From an uncultured Bacteroidota bacterium (GTDB lineage: Bacteria > Bacteroidota > Ignavibacteria > UBA10030 > UBA6906), in contig CAVOYH010000001.1 of assembly GCA_963700635.1 (NCBI GenBank), positions 256,001 to 320,000 of the forward strand: a DNA stretch of 64,000 nt, read 5' to 3'. The position numbers and the translations under genes were made by a program. Below the pieces are notes generated by a model that saw only the letters and a program-made list of their open reading frames with translations, was not told the DNA's origin and made no database searches. Below, in pieces: positions 1 to 7,478 of the stretch; within the stretch, counting starts at the first letter, position 1, and every line of letters begins with the position of its first letter.

Positions 1-2
1 AG

Positions 3-1130
3 CAGCAACAGTCTGTTCTGGAACTGGCTCGCTCCTTCGCCGAAAAGGAGCTGCGTCCCGTTGTGTCGCAGTTCGACGAGACCCAGGAATTTCCCTTTGC
101 GATGGTCTCCCGGCTGGGGCAACTCGGGTTTATGGGAATCACCTGTCCGCCGGATCTTGGCGGGGCAGGGTTGTCGCCCCTGGAATCCGTCATCATCATT
201 GAAGAGCTTGCCCGGGTTGATCCATCCATCGCGTTGACTGTCGCTTCACACAACAGCTTGTGTACCGGTCACATTATGATGTTCGGGAATAAGGACCAAC
301 AGCGTGCGTATGTTCCGTCTCTGGCCAGCGGCAAATCGCTGGGCGCATGGGGTCTTACCGAGCCTGATTCGGGAAGTGACGCGGGAGGCATGAAGACCAC
401 CGCGGTTCGGGATGGGTCCGACTGGATACTCAACGGGAGCAAAACTTTTATAACGCAGGGATCCGTGGGTGCTGTGTACGTTATACTGGCTGTCACGGGT
501 GAGGCATCCTCCCGAAAAGTAATATCCGCGTTTATTCTCGAAAGGGACATGCCGGGATTCGTGATCGGAAAGAAGGAGAATAAGCTCGGGATGCGCTGTA
601 GCGACACCGCGACGCTTATTTTCGACAATGTCCGGGTACCCGGAAAGAACCTCATCGGTTTGCAGGGCGAAGGATTTAAGCAGGCGCTCCGGGTTCTGGA
701 CGGGGGACGGGTCGGTATCGCCGCACTCTCAGTCGGGATCGCACAGGGGGCGTTTGAAGCAAGCGTGAAATATGCCCGCGAACGCTCACAATTTGGCAAG
801 CCGGTCGGAGAGTTCCAGGGGATACAGTGGAAGCTCGCTGATATGGCGACCGAGATCGAAGCGGCCCGACTTCTGACACATCAGGCGGCATGGAAACACA
901 CCCACGGACTGCCCCTTACGCTTGCTGCCTCGCAGGCGAAGTACTTTGCGAGTGAAGTTGCCGTGAGGGCGGCGAATGAGGCTGTTCAAATCCACGGCGG
1001 GTACGGTTTTATCAAAGATTTTCCGGTGGAGAAGTTCTATCGGGATGTAAAGTTGATGACCATCGGGGAGGGAACATCAGAAGTCCAGAAAATGGTAATT
1101 GCCCGGCACTTTCTCGGGCAGGGTGACTGA
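3..1130 (+). CDS. Acyl-CoA dehydrogenase (5'-truncated by window edge; isovaleryl/short-chain type)
   Basis: Frame is open from position 3 (QQQSVLELARSFAEKELRP...). ACAD motifs LTEPDSGSDA, NGSKTFIT, R.QFG, QIHGGYG, IGEGTSE. Confidence 0.93.
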   Translation, partial: QQQSVLELARSFAEKELRPVVSQFDETQEFPFAMVSRLGQLGFMGITCPPDLGGAGLSPLESVIIIEELARVDPSIALTVASHNSLCTGHIMMFGNKDQQRAYVPSLASGKSLGAWGLTEPDSGSDAGGMKTTAVRDGSDWILNGSKTFITQGSVGAVYVILAVTGEASSRKVISAFILERDMPGFVIGKKENKLGMRCSDTATLIFDNVRVPGKNLIGLQGEGFKQALRVLDGGRVGIAALSVGIAQGAFEASVKYARERSQFGKPVGEFQGIQWKLADMATEIEAARLLTHQAAWKHTHGLPLTLAASQAKYFASEVAVRAANEAVQIHGGYGFIKDFPVEKFYRDVKLMTIGEGTSEVQKMVIARHFLGQGD

Positions 1131-1134
1131 CACT

Positions 1135-2790
1135 ATGGCCCTTTTTGGAACACCTCTTTCAGAAAACGATCAGACCGTGCGCTATGCCGAGCAGATGCAT
1201 GCCCTGCTCGATATGATGGAGACGCGTGGGGCGGACGTGCGTGCCGGCGGCAAGGCATCCGCCATGAATCGCCATAAGGCGAAGGGAAAACTCCCGGCGC
1301 GCGAACGGATTGATCTGCTGATCGATCCCGGAACAATACCCATGGAAGTCGGCTTGTTCGCCGCATACGGCATGTATGATGAGTATGGCGGCGCACCTTC
1401 GTCAGGCACGGTGGTCGTTATTGGGACCGTTCATGGCCGCCACGTGGTGATTGTGGCAAACGATGCAACTGTAAAGGCCGGCGCATGGTTTCCCATGACC
1501 TGCAAGAAGAACCTCCGCGCGCAGGAGCTTGCCATGGAAAATCACATGCCGATCGTGTATCTCGTTGATTCAGGGGGTGTCTTTCTCCCCCTCCAGAGCG
1601 AGATTTTTCCTGACAAGGAGCATTTCGGCCGCATATTCAGGAACAATGCCGTTATGTCGGCCATGGGGATCCCTCAGATTGCCGCAATCATGGGCCCCTG
1701 CGTCGCCGGCGGTGCGTATCTCCCGATCATGAGTGACGAAGCATTGATCGTGGAGAACACCGGCAGCGTTTTTCTGGCAGGATCCCATCTCGTAAAAGCC
1801 GCTATCGGTGAAGAGATAGGGAACGAAGAACTCGGCGGCGCAAAAGTACATTCGGAAGTCAGCGGGGTTACCGATCACCGCATGCCGGACGATACGGCAT
1901 GTCTCGAGCGTGTCCGGGCAATTCTCGGAAAGCTGGGCGGGGAAAAGCAGCGTGCGTATAACCGGACCAATGCCCGTCTGCCCCGTTTCTCCTCATCCGA
2001 AATTTACAGCCTTGTCCCGGCAGACAGGACCCGGCCATACGACATGGCGGAAGTGCTGGCACGCATCGTTGATAACAGCGAGTGGGATGAATACAAGGCG
2101 GGATACGGGAAAACACTTATTACAGCGTATGCCCGCATCGATGGGTGGGCGGTCGGAATAGTGGCCAACCAGCGGAGCGTCGTCAAGACCCAGCGTGGAG
2201 AAATGCAGGTGGGCGGGGTGATCTACAGTGACAGTGCTGACAAGGGTGCCCGGTTTATCATGAACTGCAACCAGAAAAGGATACCGCTCGTGTTCTTTCA
2301 GGATGTCACCGGATTTATGGTGGGAAGCCGGGCGGAACACGGGGGGATCATCAAAGATGGCGCAAAAATGGTGAGCGCTGTTGCAAACAGCGTTGTCCCC
2401 AAGTTCACCATCGTGGTGGGCAACAGCTACGGCGCAGGAAACTATGCGATGTGCGGGAGGGCGTATGATCCCCGGCTTATGGTCGCCTGGCCGACCGCGA
2501 CCATTGCCGTCATGGGCGGCCGGCAGGCAAGTGAAACACTGCTCGCAATCCGCGTCCAGCAGATGGACAAAGGCGGGCGGGTGATCGGCGAGGAGGAACA
2601 GCAGGCATTACTCGCCGAGATTGCGGCGAAATATGAGGAGGAGACTGATCCGTATTATGCCGCCGCGCGCCTCTGGGTGGATGCGATTATCGATCCGGTC
2701 GAAACACGTTCGGTGCTCTCCCGGGGTATTGCGGCGGCGGCGGCCGGCCCTCCGCCTCCACCCTTCAACCCCGGGGTGATTCAGACCTGA
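1135..2790 (+). CDS. Acyl-CoA carboxylase carboxyltransferase (beta) subunit, methylcrotonyl-CoA carboxylase-like
   Basis: GKLPARERIDLL, ANDATVKAG, LVDSGG, GPCVAGGAY, QDVTGFMVG, GNSYGAGNYAMCG. ATG 4 nt after the ACAD stop. Confidence 0.92.
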   Translation: MALFGTPLSENDQTVRYAEQMHALLDMMETRGADVRAGGKASAMNRHKAKGKLPARERIDLLIDPGTIPMEVGLFAAYGMYDEYGGAPSSGTVVVIGTVHGRHVVIVANDATVKAGAWFPMTCKKNLRAQELAMENHMPIVYLVDSGGVFLPLQSEIFPDKEHFGRIFRNNAVMSAMGIPQIAAIMGPCVAGGAYLPIMSDEALIVENTGSVFLAGSHLVKAAIGEEIGNEELGGAKVHSEVSGVTDHRMPDDTACLERVRAILGKLGGEKQRAYNRTNARLPRFSSSEIYSLVPADRTRPYDMAEVLARIVDNSEWDEYKAGYGKTLITAYARIDGWAVGIVANQRSVVKTQRGEMQVGGVIYSDSADKGARFIMNCNQKRIPLVFFQDVTGFMVGSRAEHGGIIKDGAKMVSAVANSVVPKFTIVVGNSYGAGNYAMCGRAYDPRLMVAWPTATIAVMGGRQASETLLAIRVQQMDKGGRVIGEEEQQALLAEIAAKYEEETDPYYAAARLWVDAIIDPVETRSVLSRGIAAAAAGPPPPPFNPGVIQT

Positions 2791-2800
2791 GCACCCCGTG

Positions 2801-3577
2801 ATGCGCATTGCCGTCTGGCTCCTGATTCTCTGTGCTTCTTCAACCCCCATCAGGGCACAGGAACATCCCGTGTGGCTTCCGGGCAACCGGGAGATGGAAC
2901 ATCGGCGTGACCCTCCCGTTGACTCGGTCGAGACCTTCCATCCCCTTCTGGAGGCCCTGGCAATGTTCGCGATCCCGAAGATTCTTCAGGACGGGGTACT
3001 TCTGAAGGATTTTGTGCGAGGTGAGGAGTTCCGGTACGCACGTGTTTCGCACGGCGACGTCTTCGCCGTGGATATGCTGTTCCGGCGTGCCCTGCGGATG
3101 TGCTGGAACAATCCGTATGTCACGCTCCTGATTGTGGTGACGGCGGTACTTGATCACCACCGGGTCGGAGTGCGGCTTCCCCTGCTCGGGCCGCTCCTCT
3201 GGGTCCCGCTGACGTCTGAATTCCCCGAGGAGTTTTCTGCCCGACGTGATGCGCTGCCCAAAAACGTATTCCCCGATTCCCCGGCCTGGGGTGATCGGGA
3301 CAAGCTGCAACATTTTTTTGGCTCGGCATTGCTGGCAATGCTCACGGAATCAGCGGATGCCGCAGAGCGTGTTGGTGACTTTGTCGAGTGGGGAGAGGAA
3401 TCATTCGTCGTGGAAGGAACCTTCGAATCCCGGGACACGGAGGCCAACCGGCGCGGCGTGCTGTTTGGATTCGCATTCTTCCGGGATCGTACTGTGCTGC
3501 CCTCAATGTACATGCAGACCCCCCTGGAGATCACGCCTCAGGATAGCGTCACGTTGCACCAGGAGATACAACCATGA
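2801..3577 (+). CDS. Hypothetical exported/membrane protein with DKxxHF motif
   Basis: Signal-peptide-like N-terminus, hydrophobic segments, DKLQHFFGSA motif. Stop overlaps next start (ATGA). Start could be GTG 2798. Confidence 0.7.
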   Translation: MRIAVWLLILCASSTPIRAQEHPVWLPGNREMEHRRDPPVDSVETFHPLLEALAMFAIPKILQDGVLLKDFVRGEEFRYARVSHGDVFAVDMLFRRALRMCWNNPYVTLLIVVTAVLDHHRVGVRLPLLGPLLWVPLTSEFPEEFSARRDALPKNVFPDSPAWGDRDKLQHFFGSALLAMLTESADAAERVGDFVEWGEESFVVEGTFESRDTEANRRGVLFGFAFFRDRTVLPSMYMQTPLEITPQDSVTLHQEIQP

Positions 3578-4905
3578 AAACCGTGCTGATTGCTGATGAT
3601 GAACAAGCCATCCGTGAAACTGTTCGAATGATTCTTGAATACGAGAAATTCACCGTCGTCCAGGCCGAAGACGGACCGGGTGCCATGGCGCGGGTGGCTG
3701 CGGGAGGCGTGGACCTTGTGCTTCTTGATATCAAGATGCCGGTTATCGATGGGATGCGTGTGCTCGAGACCCTGCGGGAGCAGCATCCGGAATTGCCGGT
3801 CGTGATGATATCCGGCCATGCGACAATCGACACAGCCGTTGAGGCCACACGGCTCGGCGCGTATGACTTTCTGCAGAAGCCGATCGACCGGGAACGGTTG
3901 ATGATTGTCGTCCGGAACGCCACGGAAGTCAAACGCCTCCGCGAACAGGTTGAAGGCAGGAGCCGGATCCTGGGCGGCACACAGATTGTGAAGGACCTGC
4001 TTGCCCTCATTGAACGGGTCGCGCCAACAGAGGCGCGTGTTCTGATTACGGGGGAAAATGGTTCCGGAAAAGAACTCGTGGCGAAAGCTCTCCATCGTCT
4101 CAGCAGACGTGCGGCCCACCCCCTCATCGAAGTGAATTGCGCTGCCATCCCCAACGAACTTATCGAGTCGGAGTTGTTTGGTCACGAACGAGGTTCCTTT
4201 ACGGGCGCGACGAACCAGCGGATCGGAAAGTTCGAGCTGGCCGACGGGGGAACGATTTTTCTCGACGAGATCGGTGACATGAGTCTGACCGCCCAGGCAA
4301 AGGTGCTCCGCGCGCTTGAGGAGGGCAAGGTCGAGCGGGTGGGGGGATCAAAGCAGGTTGTGGTTGATGTACGGGTTATTGCCGCAACCAACAAGAACCT
4401 TCCGGATGCGTTCCGGGCAGGACTGTTCCGTGAAGATCTGTATCACCGCCTCAATGTGATTCCCATCAGGGTTCCGTCGTTGCGCGAGCGCCGGGAGGAT
4501 ATTCCCTTGCTGGCAGCCGCGTTTGCCGAGGATGTGTGCGCGCAGAACGGCATGGCTCGCAAACAGTTTTCTGATGAGGCCCTGTCATTACTGCAGGGGA
4601 TGGACTGGAGGGGCAACGTGCGGGAGCTCCGAAACACCGTTGAACGGCTCGTCATCATGACTCCCGAAGCCACCATTACCCGCGTGGAGGTCTTTCCCCA
4701 TGACGTGCGCCATACGGGTGAAGGGGGAGAATTGCCTCTGCAGGCATCAACGTTTCAGGAGTTCAAAGACCGTTCGGAAGCGGCATTCATTCGAGCTCAA
4801 CTTGAAGCGCACGATTGGAATGTCAGCAAAACAGCGGAGGCACTGGAGATCCAGCGCAGTCATTTGTACAACAAGATGCGAAAATACGGCCTTGAGAGGA
4901 CCTGA
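3574..4905 (+). CDS. Sigma-54-dependent response regulator (NtrC/NtrX family; REC-AAA+-HTH)
   Basis: REC domain (ADDE, LLDIKMP), Walker A GENGSGKE, GSFTGA loop, FLDEIGD, WRGNVREL, Fis-type HTH. Confidence 0.95.
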   Translation: MKTVLIADDEQAIRETVRMILEYEKFTVVQAEDGPGAMARVAAGGVDLVLLDIKMPVIDGMRVLETLREQHPELPVVMISGHATIDTAVEATRLGAYDFLQKPIDRERLMIVVRNATEVKRLREQVEGRSRILGGTQIVKDLLALIERVAPTEARVLITGENGSGKELVAKALHRLSRRAAHPLIEVNCAAIPNELIESELFGHERGSFTGATNQRIGKFELADGGTIFLDEIGDMSLTAQAKVLRALEEGKVERVGGSKQVVVDVRVIAATNKNLPDAFRAGLFREDLYHRLNVIPIRVPSLRERREDIPLLAAAFAEDVCAQNGMARKQFSDEALSLLQGMDWRGNVRELRNTVERLVIMTPEATITRVEVFPHDVRHTGEGGELPLQASTFQEFKDRSEAAFIRAQLEAHDWNVSKTAEALEIQRSHLYNKMRKYGLERT

Positions 4906-4907
4906 GT

Positions 4908-5645
4908 TCAGAACTTTTCCCGCTGGCGCACAACTTCAAACATGCCCAGTGCTGCCGCCACCGAAGCATTAAGAGACTGTACCTTGCCGAAGAGTGGTAT
5001 CCGGACGAGGTGATCACAATGTTCCTTCACAAGTCGGCGGAGACCACGCCCCTCATTGCCGACCACGATCGCTATCGGCACACGATAGTCCGGCTCGGTA
5101 TAGAGTTTCTCCCCGTCGGATGCCAATCCCACTATCCAGAATCCTTCGTTCTTCAATTGTTCCATTGCGGCAACAATGTTGGTTACCTCGGCTATCGGGA
5201 TATGCTCGGTGGCGCCCGCTGACGCTTTGACGGCTGCGGAGCTTACGGGTGCGGTGTGGTGGCGCGGAAGCAGTACGCCGTGAGTGCCGGCGCATTCGGC
5301 GGTCCTGATCAGGGCTCCAAGATTCTGGGGGTCTTCGATCTGGTCCAGAATGAGGAGGAATCCGGTGGCGCCACTCTCCCTCACACGTGCCAGAATCTGA
5401 TCAAGGTCAACCAGATTCCGTTCAGGCGCGAACGCGACGACCCCCTGTGTCATTGCCTCAGGGGTGAACTCCAGGAAGTGCTTTTTCTCGGAATCCACGA
5501 CGGGAACCCCGCGTTGCTCGGCACGCCGGCGGATCTCATCAATGGTGCTGCCGTGGGTTCCGCGCAGCAGGAGAATCCGTTCCAGGGGACGGCCTGCTTT
5601 GAGCGCTTCAAGGATGGGTTTGCGGCCTGTGAGGACACTTGTCAT
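4908..5645 (-). CDS. rlmB: 23S rRNA (guanosine-2251-2'-O)-methyltransferase
   Basis: SPOUT motifs LDQIEDPQNLGALIRTA, KASAGA, GNEGRGL, SLNASVA. Start reassigned to ATG 5645 (MTSVLTGRKP). Confidence 0.92.
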   Translation of the reverse strand: MTSVLTGRKPILEALKAGRPLERILLLRGTHGSTIDEIRRRAEQRGVPVVDSEKKHFLEFTPEAMTQGVVAFAPERNLVDLDQILARVRESGATGFLLILDQIEDPQNLGALIRTAECAGTHGVLLPRHHTAPVSSAAVKASAGATEHIPIAEVTNIVAAMEQLKNEGFWIVGLASDGEKLYTEPDYRVPIAIVVGNEGRGLRRLVKEHCDHLVRIPLFGKVQSLNASVAAALGMFEVVRQREKF

Positions 5646-5661
5646 GGCCCCGGCGGTGGAA

Positions 5662-6555
5662 TCATCCCACTCCTGTTGTGCGTGCAGTGGACTGTTTGCT
5701 GAGGTAGATGAAGCCTGCGAAGCCCAACATGAACAGCACGATGCTGAAGAGTTGGGCCTCGGAAAGCCCGGCGGCAAACCGGGGATTTAACCTGAGAAAT
5801 TCTATGGTGAACCGGAATGTACTTGCAAGCATCAGGTACATCATGAACAGTGAACCGTCGGGGAGCTGTCTCCTCTGGATCCCGAGCAGGAGAAAATACC
5901 CGAGTATGCCGAGCAGGAATTCATAGATCGGAGTGGGGTGAAGGGGCGTGACTTCGTCGAAGCGGGTGTAGAGGTGACCGAGTCTGTCTCTTCCCGCGAT
6001 TTGCGCGCGCAGGGAATCGTAGTGCCAATCCTGCCGCTCTACGGGTTCTCGGTGGAAATAATCTTCGAGCATAATCGATGGTTTGGCCGTTCCGTGGGAA
6101 TAGATTGTTCCCCATGCGAGGGTTGTCGGGGTACCGTAGTCTCCGTCGCCTGAAAGATGGCACCCGATGCGGCCGACTCCGTACGCGAGAATGAGGGCAA
6201 TCCCCAGGCAGTCCCACACTTTCAGAAAGGGGACCTTTTTCTTCCTGATGTACAGCGAAACGGCGAGGAGTGCCAGCAGGAAACCCCCGTACCAGGTGAG
6301 TCCGCCCGCTGAGAACGCCATCCCTGCCGGATTCATCAGAAAGGCCTCCCACTCCTCAATGAGATAGAGTATCTTTGCGCCGGCGATGCCAAACACGACA
6401 GCGAACACGGTGATGGTGTTGGCCATCGCCTTGTCAAGTCCGCGGCGCTTGAGTTCGCGGCCGAGCACTGCGCTGCCGAGGAGAAAGGCAATCCCGAGCA
6501 TCAGACCATAACTATAGATCTTGAAGGGGCCGAGTTCGAAGAGAACAGGAATCAT
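5662..6555 (-). CDS. lgt: Prolipoprotein diacylglyceryl transferase
   Basis: IYSYG, GGLTWYGG, GRIGC..GDGDYG, HPTPIYE, RFTIEFLR motifs and multiple TM helices. Confidence 0.93.
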   Translation of the reverse strand: MIPVLFELGPFKIYSYGLMLGIAFLLGSAVLGRELKRRGLDKAMANTITVFAVVFGIAGAKILYLIEEWEAFLMNPAGMAFSAGGLTWYGGFLLALLAVSLYIRKKKVPFLKVWDCLGIALILAYGVGRIGCHLSGDGDYGTPTTLAWGTIYSHGTAKPSIMLEDYFHREPVERQDWHYDSLRAQIAGRDRLGHLYTRFDEVTPLHPTPIYEFLLGILGYFLLLGIQRRQLPDGSLFMMYLMLASTFRFTIEFLRLNPRFAAGLSEAQLFSIVLFMLGFAGFIYLSKQSTARTTGVG

Positions 6556-6558
6556 AGA

Positions 6559-6984
6559 TCAGGTACTCTGGCTGTTCCATTGAGAGAGAGTTGTGGTGAT
6601 CTGGACAAAAGTCTTCTTTGGCGTTTTCAACAACTTCACCTGTCCGGGAGTGATCCCGACGGAAAATGTTGTGGCGCGACCGTCGATCCCCTGCAGGGTG
6701 ACTTCGTACGTCCCGTGGAGGCCTTCGAACTCCTGTTCGAAACGCGCGGATCCTGATGACGGCAAACTGAGTTGTGGGGTACGAAAACCGAGAATGGCAA
6801 AATGGAGTGTTGACGGGGTGACTTCCGTTTTCACGGACAATTCGTACCGGAATGTGGCAAAGGTCTTCATCGTTTCAAGCACGACAAGGGTCGTCGGTCG
6901 CTGTGTACGTTCAGCGACGTGCGGTGCGATCAGGATGCGGTATTCCGTCTCCCCGCGTGTGCGGGTGGATTGTTGACGAGGCAT
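6559..6984 (-). CDS. Hypothetical protein (141 aa, beta-rich)
   Basis: Fills the gap between PTS IIA and lgt with 8- and 3-nt spacing on the same strand. No recognised motif. Confidence 0.7.
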   Translation of the reverse strand: MPRQQSTRTRGETEYRILIAPHVAERTQRPTTLVVLETMKTFATFRYELSVKTEVTPSTLHFAILGFRTPQLSLPSSGSARFEQEFEGLHGTYEVTLQGIDGRATTFSVGITPGQVKLLKTPKKTFVQITTTLSQWNSQST

Positions 6985-6992
6985 GAGTTCCC

Positions 6993-7463
6993 CTACAGCT
7001 CGAAGTACGATGCTTCCTCCTGGCGAAACATCTCGAGGATGTCTTTCGGCGATGTCACGTTCAGAAGACGCCTTCGGAATTCTTCTTTATTCATGAGGCG
7101 TGAGATGCGGCTCAGCAATTTTATGTGCGGGCCAACCAGATTGTCTTTGCCCACAAGGAGAAACACGAGACGCACCGGCTTTTCGTCCAGAGAGTCGTAG
7201 TCAATCTCTTCATCGGTGACGGCAAATGCTGCGACAATATCGGCCACGGCATCGGTCTTCCCGTGGGGAATAGCAAACCCATTACCGACCCCGGTTGACA
7301 TGATGCTCTCGCGTTCAAGGATCGCAACGCGGACCTTTTCCTTGTCCAGCACTTTCGGTGAACTCGCCACGAGATCCACCATGGCATCAATAATGTCATC
7401 TTTGGACGTGCCTTTGAGTCCAGCGACGACAAGGTCTTCGGTAAGGATGTCGCTGATTTTCAT
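6993..7463 (-). CDS. PTS EIIA component (Ntr/fructose type)
   Basis: ERESIMSTGVGNGFAIPHGKT with phospho-His, YDSLDEKPVRLVFLL, HIKLLSRISR. Confidence 0.93.
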   Translation of the reverse strand: MKISDILTEDLVVAGLKGTSKDDIIDAMVDLVASSPKVLDKEKVRVAILERESIMSTGVGNGFAIPHGKTDAVADIVAAFAVTDEEIDYDSLDEKPVRLVFLLVGKDNLVGPHIKLLSRISRLMNKEEFRRRLLNVTSPKDILEMFRQEEASYFEL

Positions 7464-7478
7464 CGCGTGGAGATTCTC

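Noticed and set aside
4189-4212. GSFTGA instead of GAFTGA in the sigma54 activator
   Set aside because: This is a common functional variant of the motif.
5950-6093. About 48-aa insertion in Lgt before HPTPIYE
   Set aside because: It corresponds to the variable periplasmic head region of Lgt proteins, so it is not unusual in itself.
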